From NCBI GenBank assembly GCA_028023455.1, contig JAQFVV010000003.1:1922001-1986000 (forward strand): a stretch of DNA of 64,000 nucleotides. The letters are read 5' to 3'. Both the position numbers and the translations under genes were made by a program. The stretch comes from Epiperipatus broadwayi (Eukaryota; Animalia; Onychophora). Within the stretch, counting starts at the first letter, position 1. Every line of letters begins with the position of its first letter. Positions 1 through 13,847 of this stretch are shown here, piece after piece. The notes beneath the pieces were generated by a model that ran no database searches, was not told the origin of the DNA, and saw nothing but the letters and a program-made list of their open reading frames with translations.

Positions 1-1269
1 TTTATTTTAACCTCACTGCAAAAAATTGAATCCAAATACTTGTCAATTTCTAATGAAATCAAAAAAAAAAAAAAAAGGACACAAACTTTGGACTTTTTAA
101 AATTATTTATTCGATTTTATTGCTGTAATAAACAGTGGACATTACATTTTGCCTGACAAAATAAAATAAAAAACCACAATCTCACCCACTTTCTGTACTC
201 GGCAATTTATCTGAAAAAAAGTTTCAAAATTGCACGTTCGTCTCAGATCTTTTAGTGGTCTCGAATATTTTCCCCACCATGCTGAAACGTGACTTAGTGC
301 ATGAGCTTTGTCGAAGCCTGTTCAAACATACACTTTGCCATTTTTTTTACATATTAACCTTTTTTTCAGGAAGGGTGGGGACCATATGACAATTTTTAAT
401 AATTAATAACATTTTTTAAATCGAAATGACATTACTGTATTACGGAGATTTGAAAAAGTTGTACTGCCTTGAAATTTAAACACCCTCAAGTGATACGGTA
501 ATCATTTATGAAAAGAACGAATACACATAAATAGCTTCGAAGCACAAAACAGGCCCTAATATTTTTGTGCAATGTCATGTAAAGCAGCCTAGCTCAATGG
601 GTTAATACAATACGTAAATGTTGCATTAGCCTGTAAGTCCATGGCCGCCGAAACGGCATTTTTATGTGTTTTGACACTAAACAATGCCCCAAGCGGCCAT
701 GCCCAGATTTCAGGATTTTACCAACTTTAATCATATTTGAGATAACATTTGACATATTATTAATTTAAATACATAACAATTAAATAAAATATTTACCCCT
801 AATATTTTAAAATATAAATGAACTAAATATAGACAGTTATATACATTCAAAATAAAAATAAATAGAAAGTTTAAGCTGTCCAATTTCAAAAAGAATAAAA
901 AATATTGGTGATGATCTTTAAAATATGAAGTTTATTTAATCTCATCAAAATTCTAACACTATTAACCACTTCAATTAGTTTGTTAATCATCAATAAAATT
1001 ATACTCTGAAACAAATAACACATTTCTATTTCTAGGTCCAAACTGAATGTATTTTCCAAATGTGACAATAATTTGATTAGGTTGTTTTATCTATTTATTC
1101 TTATAATATTTTTTTTTTATTCTCAAGAAATATTGTATCCTGATACCATATAAAACCAATCTTCGAAAATCACTACTACAAATTATACATTTCATTTTAT
1201 ACAGTAATTTTAAACATTAATAACTATAAAAAATGTTCTACTTTGGAATCCAATAACATTCATGTATTC

Positions 1270-2450
1270 ACAGATAAAACAATTATACTTACAACTTTGT
1301 ACTTAATGATAGCAACACCATTTCCTTTTATCACAATTATTCTCATCTACAAACTCCAATATTTCTACATCTATGTGAAGTTTAATAAAAGTATGAGACC
1401 TACTTTTATTATGCCTAATAATATTAAACAACTCTAAATCTTTTAATACTTTTATTTTTACCTTTTTATAATTATTTTTCCAAAGCATAATTTCTGTATC
1501 AATTTCAAAATCCATTGTCATACTTGCAGAATTTTTTGATCAATCTGATATTTTCATATCAATATTATAATTATTTATGATTATATCATCAATCATATAT
1601 TTCTTTAAATTTTATCATCATCTTAACATTTATCAATCTTTGCACCCACTAGTTTCTTTAATATCTATTATATCATTTTCACAAAAGTTTTTGCTTTTAC
1701 CAACAATTTTAGATTGTTGAGATTTTAAATCCACATCAATTTTGGATTCTTCTATCCAAAATAAATTATCTTTATCTAATTCTGTGCTACCTCAAGTTTA
1801 CATTCATCAACAGCAACTATATTAACTTTAGACTCTTTAATTATATTTATACTTTCAGCTATTTCTTCAAAGAAATATTTATTTTAACTTCCTTTTCTTC
1901 AAAATATTTTGATACTATATTCATTTCTTCTTCTATTTTGTCAATCCTTTCTTTTACTTTTTGAACTTTATCACTTAATTCTATCTTAGACTAAAAAAAA
2001 ATTATATCTTTTTTTATTGCTTTAAAACTTTGTTGCATCATCTGCTGTATCACTTTCACTTCATGGTGTAAACTTATTATCACTATCTCTGATTTTTATC
2101 TATTTTCTGTTGTAAGTTTGCATTCATTTGATCCATTCTCTATTAATTTTGTAGCACATTTTTATTCATTTTATCCATTCTTTGATTCATTCTTTGCATA
2201 TTCACTTTCATTTGGTTCTTATTTTCATCCATTTTCTGTTGCAAAATTTTATTCATTTCATTCATATTTTGATTTATTCTTTGCATGTTTTGATTCATTT
2301 GAGTCATACTTTGCTGATTCTGTTGCATATTTTTATTCATTTGATTTTTATTCTCATCCATTTTCTTCTCAATTCTTTACATATTTTCATTCATTTGATT
2401 CTTCATTCTTTGCAACATTTGATTAAATATTTCCATATTAAGCATACCAT
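1270..2450 (-). pseudogene. Heavily decayed coiled-coil (gag-like) coding remnant, possibly from an LTR retrotransposon
   Basis: ORF 2143-2361 is a Q/N/M-rich heptad repeat with MDENKNQM twice. Stop-interrupted protein-like text continues to ~1300 (DKVQKVKERIDKIEEEM; ILDRESKIDV, weakly protease-like). No diagnostic motif. Confidence 0.35.
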
Positions 2451-4273
2451 AAACTTCTTTCTTTTCAACTATTTTTATAGATTTATTTTTCTAATTACAA
2501 TCTGAGGTTCCTTAAAGTTTATCTAATAGTTTTCTGGCTTTGCTACTTCAACATGTGTCTCAGAACTAATACTACTAATCTCCTTTTTTTGACCACTACC
2601 TTTTTCTCTATCTCTAACTAAATTTTGTTTCATTAATATAAATAATTGAAGTATTAATTAGTTTTCTCCCAAGAATGGAAGAAAAACTAAATGAATTTTC
2701 TTCATTCTATTTTCATCAAAACCAACACTTAAAACTTTACTGCTTAATTTTAAAATTTTAAATTAACACAAAATGTATTTTATAATAAAGAAAATTATAT
2801 GTGGTTTCACGATATTCAAACTTATATCTTTTAAAATTAAAAAATAATCATTAAATTGTATTAACCATCTCAAAGTTTTTTCTTTAATTTTAAATTCATC
2901 AAATTGGAAAACGACAATTTATATTCTTTTATACCTCATGACACTTTACTTTTATCTAATTAAAGATAAAGGCATAACTTATTAAAACCAATAAGTAAAA
3001 TTTATTAGGTTTCAAATATTGCATAAGTCAAAGTCTTAAATAATTTTTTATATTTTTAAAATATCTCAGAGTGCCATTTTAAAATAAAAAATTCTCTAAT
3101 AAATAAAAGCATATCATATGGAAAAGAAACAAAATATAAAAATATGCTACTATTATCTTTTATAGTATAACTTTATCAAAGTCTCTAAAATTAAAATGCC
3201 AAATCTTAAACAAAAATACTACTCTTACCTCTCAAGTATATGTTCATCATAGCTCCAAAAGTTATGTGACCAAAATGATAAAAAATAATAATTATTACCT
3301 TTTTTCCCTCACAAGGTATAAGTTTATTGAAGCCTTATAAATTGGGTTGCCAAAATGATAAAAAAATAAATAATAACTACTCTTCTTTATAACTGCCCCA
3401 AAGTTGAAAAAGCCAAAATGATAAAAAAAAATTCTATGATGGATACATAGTTCCATATGTAACTATACTAGTAAGTGCCACATGATAATAAATCTAGACT
3501 TATTTTCAACAATAAATTGTAAATTAACATTGATAATTAATATAAGAAAATACCAAAGAAACAAGTTAACTTTACTAGTAAAGTTGCAATTACAAACAAA
3601 TATTGGAATGCTATGAATTACAAAATGAAACTATCCCTACTAATAATAAATCTTAATATAAAATATAAGTTTACTCAGCACCAGTTACATTTGCATAGCT
3701 ATGAATTTGGCATATCAATATTTTGTATTTTAAAATTCAAATAATGGCCAGTAATTAAAGAAATAAAATAATTTAATGTTAAACAAAATAATTTATTTAA
3801 AAAATAATAACAATAAGGCCATTGTTATAGTTATGAATAGCTAAATTAATATACCAAAATCAACAAACAAATACATGATCAATACTCTGAGACATTGCCA
3901 AAACAAATCAAACTATCTTTATCTCAATACCTAGTATCACAGTAACCTATATCACGAAAGCTATGAACATTAAGCAATGGATAAAATGCTTGTTATATAT
4001 AAGCTTAACTCTGTACTACAATTTTCTAGGTAACTGCATAACAACATCAACTATCCTTAAAATGTCATATATTAAACATTTATATATTAATTCATTATTA
4101 TGTTCTATTATTTATAAAGATATAAATATTACCCATGCTTAAAAATATTCACTACAAAACAAAGTCATTATAAAAATGAAGCCATATGAATTTATAACTG
4201 GATCTAGCCAATAATATCAAGTTAAATGGATCAATCATATCTCAGTTGCTAATGCATACAGCACACAGTCAAA

Positions 4274-4277
<4 letters not shown>

Positions 4278-4315
<38 letters not shown>
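4278..4315. repeat. (TA)n microsatellite
   Basis: Direct reading. Confidence 0.98.
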
Positions 4316-4317
<2 letters not shown>

Positions 4318-6116
4318 CCATTTAAACAATCATTATTTAAAATTATAAATATTATTACATAATACAGATTATATATTTCTTAGTCTGTGTTGAAATGTGA
4401 TGTCTATAAAATAAAATAAACTATCATTTATTACATATGCATTATTTTTAACATTATGTTTAAAACATTTTGAAAATATTACTTGTATATAACTTTAATA
4501 ACTACATACATAGTGATTGATACAATATTTAAGATTCAAAAGTTTAAAATAACTGATATCAGCCTACAATTATTTATATATAAAAACAATTTATTATCAA
4601 TTAAACAAAATATTTCATACAGTTTTATAAATTGTTTAATCACTTTAACTCGTTTACCAGTAAATAACCTTAAATGTCTTTCTGCAAATTTATAAATATA
4701 GCAGATAATTTCTTCGTTACGGTGCTTCACTTGAAATATAGAAGAAAAGCCTAAATAAGTTGTAGACAAATCATGATTTTTCAGTAATTGATGATGATAA
4801 AATAATTCTATTTATGATAAATGAAAATCTGAAGAAGGCAAAGATCCATTTGTGTCCTGGTTTACAAATTCTTGTGATAAAAACTATTTATTTATTGGTT
4901 CATTTTGAGAGTTTAAAATCCAATGTTTTTTTTAAAATTCAGTAGTTGATGACTTTGTTCACATGATCAAAACAATTTCTTGATAAGAAATTATTCTTGG
5001 CTACTTGCCAATAGAACAGTAAATAAATCTACAATCAATTTTAAAATTATTTAAAACAAATAATGGTTACTTCTTTAAAATTAATATTTTTAAATTAAAC
5101 ACTTAAATTTCTTTATATATCATTGTTTAATAAAATCAATTTTTATTTATAAAAAAATATATAATGCCTTTAAATTAATAATAACAATATTTTTAAATAT
5201 TAATGATGTATCACTTCTAAATTAATATTTTTTTATACATTTTTTTAATTTATACATCAATAAAATATATTCCAAAGGAATATAACATTTCAGTATATAT
5301 TTCTCTCTTGAATAGAATCATGAATTTCTAATTTAACTAGTAAATATTATTGTGTTGATGTGTGGGGAGGATAGATAAGACTGACTTAATCTCCAGATAA
5401 TAATATTCAATATTGTACATTTTTGAGATAGTAGTTACTTTTTTTATACATTGACATAAGTCCCTAATTATTTAATCAGTGTCATATTTCTGTTTTATTA
5501 GTAAACTTTATTAATGAATATTAGCAACAATGGTAATACTTGTAATATATGTACCAAAATAAAAACTGACAAGTGTTCTTTTTAAGCTGCCTAAAATGTC
5601 ATCTCTGAATAAATGCATGTATTATGTAATAATATACTTTAGATATTATTCACAAAAGTTATAGAATATTAGCATATATTGTATATATAAAAAATAATAA
5701 AAATATATTTTAAGAATTTTTTTAAATATTGTATTGGTTAATTTTTAATACTGTGTAAAATAATTTATAAACCACTTAATAAAAGATTGCTAATTTATTA
5801 TGTACACTGTTATTATTTTTAAAAGAAAATAATTTATTATATTGGATAATTTTTAAAGCTTTTTAAAATTACTGTAAGTCAACATTTTTCAAATATAAAT
5901 AATGCATATTTTTTGATTTATTGCTTAACTTAAACTAAGGATCACAAAGCCAAAATCCATAGCTTGTGTTTATATATATAAAGGATATATAGATAATAAA
6001 TAAATAAAGGATAGATAAAAGAACACTTTTTCATTAATGTAGAAAAATTACCTTTTGTTTGATTATTGTAAGTTGACATTTTTTACAAGATTAGTAATGA
6101 GAGCCTACCTCTAGTG

Positions 6117-6118
<2 letters not shown>

Positions 6119-6185
<67 letters not shown>
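6119..6185. repeat. (TA)n microsatellite
   Basis: Direct reading. Confidence 0.98.
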
Positions 6186-6190
<5 letters not shown>

Positions 6191-6215
6191 TAATCCCAGT
6201 GCATAATGCTATACT

Positions 6216-6320
6216 GAAATCCAGTACCGCCCTCTGTGAACTAATATTTAAAACTGCTCTCTGTGAACTAATATATAAATGTATTTATATATTAGTTCAC
6301 AGAGGATAGTACTGGATTTC
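6216..6320. repeat. ~105-bp hairpin (fold-back) element
   Basis: gaaatccagtac..cctctgtgaactaatat pairs with atattagttcacagagg..gtactggatttc. Internal duplication of ctctgtgaactaatat. Near-palindromic centre atatataaat-gt-atttatatat. Confidence 0.8.
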
Positions 6321-6765
6321 TTAACCATGTGGGAAGATTTAATATATATATATTAGTATTTTAGTTAATTAATGAAGATTAACACACCTTTAAAATCAGA
6401 CAAATGTCTATGTCATTTTACAATTTACTTTCTCATGTGTTAATTAAATATTTTTATATTTACTTTATCACATGAGAATATACTTAAATCAAAAGTGTAA
6501 AACTTTATCAAGTTCAGTCATATTTTTTACTTTACCTTTGCCATTTTAAATTCTATTTTAACCATGTGTTAAATTTATATTCAAATTGAAATTCTAAAAG
6601 TTTATCAAATTCGTTATTATAGTTGCTCTAAATTGTCATTATTCAAATAAGAAATTAAATATAATGTACAAACACAATTTAATTAATTTAAAATATATTT
6701 ACAAAATCAAATTTTACTCTGCTTTACCAAAAACTATACTTTATACTTAAAATTTTTTTGAATGC

Positions 6766-7480
<715 letters not shown>

Positions 7481-7933
7481 TATGATCTGATTTGAAAACA
7501 GTTACTATATAGATTTTCCACATATTTCTATATTGCAAATTACAAATTTTTATAAAACAATTACATACTATAAAGCAAACATTTACTGTCTAGCAAAATT
7601 CTATATGAAATAAAGAGAAAAATGCAAAATTAATCAATATTAGTATAATATTTATTGAGTTACAGTCATAAACAAATAATCTTTTACATTTATATAATAA
7701 TATAGTTATATTCCATTTACAAGAAAAAATAATTGAATAATAGATACAATAAACAATTATAATACAAATATACATTATTAAAATATAAGTGTATTGTCTA
7801 TACTGAACTTAATGCAATTGAAAGGGATTTGAACTCAGACTTTCAAACTCCCTACAGCCATTCACTCCATCTTATACAATAGATTCACATGACTACATAC
7901 ATGTAAAAATGATAAATGATCTTCAATATATAT

Positions 7934-7944
7934 AGATCGGAAGA

Positions 7945-7947
<3 letters not shown>
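7934..7947 (+). other. Illumina TruSeq adapter sequence (assembly artefact)
   Basis: AGATCGGAAGAGCA is an exact match to the adapter start and lies inside a (TA)n run, where the opposite arm of the palindrome has no counterpart. Confidence 0.9.
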
Positions 7948-7980
<33 letters not shown>

Positions 7981-7986
<6 letters not shown>

Positions 7987-8021
7987 CATGTTGAACCAGC
8001 ACTCATCAGTTGGTCCAGATC
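7981..8021 (-). ncRNA. Type I hammerhead ribozyme, family A, left arm (helix III and cleavage site disrupted in the assembly)
   Basis: Minus strand GATCT-GGA-CCAA CTGATGA GTGCTG GTT CAACAT GAAA TAT. Core intact; the 3' part is replaced by (TA)n plus adapter. Confidence 0.65.
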
Positions 8022-8138
8022 ATCGTTTTCTAGACATATACATAATCAGTACTGAGTTTATATTAGGATAGCAGAAAGTTTGAAGACTTGCTATCTTAAT
8101 ATAAACTGAGCATATTTTATATATATTTGGGAGATGAT

Positions 8139-8193
8139 GATCTGTATCAACTGATGAGTGCTGGTTCAGCACAAAATATGTATATTGGAGATC
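8139..8193 (+). ncRNA. Type I hammerhead ribozyme, family A, right arm (G12 mutated)
   Basis: TCAA CTGATGA GTGCTG-GTT-CAGCAC AAAA TATGTA TA|TTGG AGATC. Perfect 6-bp stem II. GAAA reads AAAA, consistent with CpG decay. Outer stem I GATCT/AGATC. Confidence 0.75.
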
Positions 8194-9683
8194 ATTTATC
8201 TTTTTCACATGTATATCATCATGTGTATCAGTTGTATAGATGGAGTGAATGACTGTAGGAAGCTGGAATTCTGAATTCAAATCTTTTCTAAATATAAAAT
8301 ATATAATTTTACTTTCATATTTATAAATATATAAATATTTGCATTAATAGATAACTCTTGATATATTTTTCTACATAATTTTAGTCAGACGATTTAACAA
8401 AAATTATAATACAACAGTCATCATATTACATGATGCTATAGACTCTATATACATTTACATAAGATATTCAAAGATATACAAAAATAATCAAAGGAAAAGT
8501 AAAAAAAAAAGATTAATAAATATATCACATGTTTCATATAAAAATTGTTAGAAAAGAAAAAATGAAACTCACTATAGATTTCAGTATAATATAAAAAATA
8601 TAAACAATCAGTAAACAAAATTATACACAGATAAAGATCTCCGATTTTTAAATTCATCTATCCTAATTGTAGGTCTATGAAAACAAGTAGAAGATTAATA
8701 ACTCTATAGTATGGAGCACTTCCTTAATAATTCTCCAGCATTACCCACATACTAAAACATAATAGTTTCAATTATTAAATCTCACATTCCTTCTTTCACT
8801 TATTTAATAAGCAATATAAGGAGATGTTTTTAGCCTAACATATAAATAATTTTATTTAAACTTTTTATCTTATTGTTTCCAAGGTGTCATTTTTGTTTTA
8901 ATCTGATGTCTTGGAAGCTTCAATCACTTTTCATAACAAGATAGTTAAAATAAAAAATAAAAACCAAACTCTCATTTTATCTGATATATTTTTACCCATA
9001 TAGAGTTTAGTGAAATTAACAACATTACCTTATGTAAAATGTTCTTTCTGTAAACTCATATTTGGTTGGATTTTATATTTATTAGGTCTTCTCTTTAGGA
9101 CATGAAAACACATAATGTATAGTTATGATCTCTCCATGATACATTTAAATGTGTATAATATAACCTATTATTTGCAATAAAGTATAGTTTAAAATTAAAG
9201 TAGACAACCCATTGCCAACTGAGTTGGCAATTCATTTCTATTGCTTAATAAGTATTAATTTATTTGCAATTGGAGAATAAACATAATATATAATGAAGGT
9301 TGTTATTTTGAATATGAAAATAAAACATAATTATGATAATATGTAGCTTTCACCACTTATGACAGAGGATTTAAAAGTGAAAGATTATTGGACTGTTTCC
9401 TAACTTTACCCATTACTTTGATGCTCAAACATCATATGATTTTCTGAGCAACTAATAATATGATTATTTTTAATACATAAATTACAACATAACATTATGC
9501 AAAAAAGCATTTCACAATGAATGTAAACTTCAATTAATTTATACATTGTTCAGTAAACTATAGTAGTTTATTATACAATATATTAATTAATTGTACTTTA
9601 CATTAATTGTGAAGTGCTTTATTGAACAATGTTACAATGTAATTGATGTATTAAATTAGAATAGTATACTACATAGTTTAGTA

Positions 9684-10630
9684 CACTTGGGTCTCATTTT
9701 ATGCCATAGATAGGTTCCTCAGAAAACATGCACAAATGAAATTGCAAAAAATAGACATAACTTACCTTGAAAAAGGGGGGATATGGACTGTGATTTTTCA
9801 AAGATCGCGTAAAAGCAAAGCACCAATGTAAAATTACTTTAAAATTCGCGCAAAAAAAATAAGGAAATAAAATATGACTAATAAAAATTTTCAAATTTAA
9901 AAAAAATTGATACAAGACAAACTTTTTTTAACTATAATATTTAATTTTATTCAAAACAATATATTTTTATGCATAATTTACAGTAGTTTACATTTTTTAT
10001 ACACGTTTTAATTATTATCGCTATTTGCTGTTAAACAGGTTCGTTTGCAAACTGGTAAAAATCAGATTCTTTACAAAAGGAAATATAACTAGTGTCAACG
10101 TCACTCTCATGTTATGTTAATGGTTTTCTGGTGACAATGTAATTAGTAATTATTCTAACAACTAAAAATTAAATTTTTATTTTTGTCTTTAATTTTTTAA
10201 TTTTCAATTTTAATTGTCCCCACTGCTATTACTCACCTTTTAATAATAAACTTGTGGACACTAAATGATTAATAATTGATTACATTCTTTTTTAAAAAGC
10301 AAAAACAGAATGTGATTTAAAATGCAAAATTAACACACACAATGTTTGAACAAATTTACATTATAATCTTGTAAAATTTAATGTGTGTATACATAAAATG
10401 TGGAAATCATGATTTTAATTTCATTATTGCATAAAATCTTATTATTATAAAGCACTGAAAATATTGAAATTACTAAGATGAAAGTCGAATTCCAATAATG
10501 TGCTATTACTTTCAATATGACATAAGTGCGCAAAATTTATTATTTAAAGTAATAGTGCATTATCGGAGTTCGACTTCCGGAGAAACGTGAATCGCATAAC
10601 TTCAAAATCACATAAAAAGAGACCCAGATG
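9684..10630. mobile_element. Non-autonomous Tc1/mariner-type DNA transposon (MITE-like)
   Basis: 20-bp terminal inverted repeats cacttgggtctcattttatg and cataaaaagagacccagatg (17/20 match), TA on both sides (9682-9683, 10631-10632). Interior retains many CpGs; no transposase ORF. Confidence 0.65.
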
Positions 10631-13600
10631 TATAATGGTAGTGTGTCAGACTCCAGTGTGTTCTGATATTTCCAATATTTGAACTTATTATGAACTTTCA
10701 AGAAATAAAGTCAGTCAATAAATATGTTTGTCATTATTATCAATGAAAATAAACTATATCAGATACTTGATACCTGAATTGTAAACTTAAGCATTGTTGC
10801 AAAACAAATTTGAATAATTCAAATAGGAATATATTTGCATACACTAAAAATAGTTTTTTAAAAAAAAATATATACTTTTTGTTTATTTTATTGCCATTAC
10901 ATACATATACATAATTGTACACATGTGCCTATATTAATCCAATGAAGCTTCTCATTTTTATTTTGCAACAGTTCTTGGCATCTTTCATTATAGTCAACTT
11001 CCAGTTTAATTGATGCGTGAAAATGCTTATATAATTATTTTAAATATCTGTTGAACAATTATTGATAATCTATGTTGGTATTTAATAAAGTCATGTAAGG
11101 ATTCAAGCATCATAGTTTCAGATTGAACATTTAATATTTCCCTTTCATTAATTCAAAACAAGTTTTTTTATGCAGACGAAAAAAATTCTAAAACTTTGAT
11201 ATCTGAGTTTACTTTTTTTTTATTGCACTAGCACACCCAGAAATGAAAAAAATTAAATAACTTTAAATCATTATTCCAATTAATCTCACTTTAAGGTGCA
11301 AACCAAGGTCTTCTGCAACATTAAACCACCTCTATAGAAAAGATGTCAAGTATTGGCTTAATATACCATATAAATAATTAATTTATTAGATTAGTTATGT
11401 TATTTTATTCAGTAAATACAATTAATAATCAAGCATTTTGATTGATGCATAAGAAGTGTCAAAATTGGAGCCATGATCCATGAATTTGAACAGCACTACT
11501 ATATTAAAATATACAGGTTATTTTATTTAACGATAAAACTAAGTGACAAATTCTAAATTTCATTTTTAGCTAACTTTAATTTTGATTTCTATAAAATATT
11601 TAATACTACACTAATAACTTATTTGAATAGTGTATAATTAGGATAGGATAATGTTATCTCATACCACAATTAAATTATAATGACATTAAATATTACTTCC
11701 ATGCAATTTAGTTTGTTGATGATAGTGGTGATTTCAAGAACTAGAGATTACTGGATCATTTCTAGCTGAAAATTTAAAAAAAATCAGTTTGGTCAAATAA
11801 AAAAGTAAAATGCCTTATTTGTTATTTTGGCACTTATATATCATATGATCTCCTAAACAACTAAGTATACAATGTATTTATTAAATGCAGTTTAAATATT
11901 GTGTTAACGGTAATGCATAATATTACGGTAGATGTGTATAATGCATTATCACTAGTGATAAAAATATGTTTACTTGTGTTGTTGGAAACACAGCTCTGTG
12001 CAGTTTAGAACAATAGCAACATGATTCACTCGATTGTTAACTTTGTAAAATAAAAATCTAAGTTTGCATGAAAATTTAATGCTCATGCTTTTACCTGAAT
12101 ATCAGGCTATATACCTTTCCAAACAATTAACTATATGTTTATTCATTTTTTATGAAGTGTACATACACTAATCTAAATTCTGTTAAGATTTTCTACACTG
12201 CAGATAAATGTCTACTTATTAAAAAAAATTGAATGTTGGGTTGAATATAAATAGGTAATCTAAAAGAAATAGAGTTTTATTTATTTTTCTGAAAGTTTCT
12301 CATAATATTACTCAGAATTTGAAGACCACGTTTCAGCCATAGGCATGTTAACTATTTGTTTCCTACATCACAAAACCATTGACAGTTTATCTAAAAGAGT
12401 TAAACTTTTCATACAATGGTAGAATTTATTTATTTTACTATAGGTCACCCTTTTTATTGTTACCATCAAGCTTTCTGAAGTATATTTACATTTTTAATGA
12501 AAGATAAATATCAAATAAATTCTAGATTAAAGACAACTAATATTTACAAAATATAAATTAATAGTTGTTTCAAGTACTTTTTTTTATTACATTTCTAATC
12601 TTGGTTAATGGCTTTTCGATTTATCATTGGAAAAAGATTTTTAAAAATTATTAAACTACAGTATTAACATTAATGATAATATTTTAAAATTTATTTTCTA
12701 GGAATAAAGTATAGCAAACAATGACAAATTTTCAGAGATGATGCTGACCAAGTGATAGTACTCTATAGCCTAATCATTCCGTTTCAGGAAAAAGATTATC
12801 TTACCCATGAAAGTAGCATACGACAATTTTTTTTAAAAAAAGCAACAAATAAAACTTGATTTTATTAAATACCGACATTTTTCAGGCATATAAAATAAGG
12901 ATAGCAATAAATCTAAATTCATATACTTTATTTTCTTTCTACATGACAAAATTTTAGAATGTTTTTTTCTCTCTTCTGTAAAATCTTTTGTAAAGAAATT
13001 TATTATTTAAAATATTGTAAGGGGTATCAAAATTGCGTTTCAGATTCTAATACGTCTAAATAAACTCACTGAAATATTTCAAAAAACTACAATTCTGGTT
13101 AGATTGATTTCATAATACAAACAATAAAATCAAATATCATAATAACAATTGATTTCTTTTTGTCTTTTAAATTCAATTCTTGTTCTCAATTTTAAAGTTT
13201 GACAAATAATTTAAAAAAAAAAAAAATCTATGCAAACATTAGATTTTTTGTTTTTGTAACGTATTACCTCATTAACCCTTTATATGCAATTCACAATAAT
13301 ATTTAAAGCAAATTTTTTAAAACGTGATGATTAATTAAAAAAAAAAAAATGCATTTCTTTGACTCTATTCTTTGATTTCATTCTGTATTATTTTGAGCTA
13401 ATTACTTCGTATCTTTTTTTAATTCTCCTCTTCTTCTGTTATCAATTATTTAGAAATGGATCTCTATCGACCTTTTTTATCTCCACTTTCAGCTGTTTAT
13501 CCCATCATTTAGTTTTTATTTATAAATTATCATCCTGTATTTTAGTTTTTTATTTAGTTCAAAGGATCTCTCATGGTCATAGTACAAAAAACAAATAATT

Positions 13601-13691
13601 TGAACAGTTAATTGTTCAGAATACATTTAACTTACTTAATTGATCCATTGTACAGGCTTAACATTTGCATTTATATATGTAATATATGCAG

Positions 13692-13835
13692 GATTCAAAC
13701 TCAGACTTTCACATGACCCACAACTCTCAGTGCTTTCTTATATTGCTAATTACACAGTTGAAAAGATAAATAATCACCAATATAAGTATTTCATGCTAAA
13801 CCAGCATTCATCAGTTGGGACTTGGTCACACATGT
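13692..13835 (-). mobile_element. Family A copy (left of the RTE)
   Basis: gattcaaactcagactttcacatgacccac... is the reverse complement of 16267-16392 and homologous to 7826-8021. Confidence 0.8.
13777..13818 (-). ncRNA. Type I hammerhead ribozyme, family A, core intact
   Basis: Minus strand CCAA CTGATGA ATGCTG-GTT-TAGCAT GAAA TACTTA TA|TTGG. Stem II pairs fully (A-U closing pair, one G-U). Stem I CCAA/TTGG. Predicted cut between 13781 and 13780. Confidence 0.8.
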
Positions 13836-13847
13836 TGAAAAAATAAA

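Larger units (their letters stand above)
7826..8283. mobile_element. Family A palindromic cassette: two inverted copies of an HHR-bearing repeat
   Basis: Arms 7826-8073 and 8089-8283 are imperfect reverse complements (gatttgaactcagac... / ...ctgaattcaaatc) around a 15-nt loop. Homologous to 13692-13820 and 16223-16392. Confidence 0.85.

Noticed and set aside
2118-2505. Plus-strand F/H/S-rich ORFs
   Set aside because: Antisense shadows of the minus-strand repeat-rich remnant.
7826-8283. Family A as a classical MITE
   Set aside because: No TSD or short TIR. The whole arms are inverted copies of an HHR-bearing unit, which fits PLE-type inversion better.
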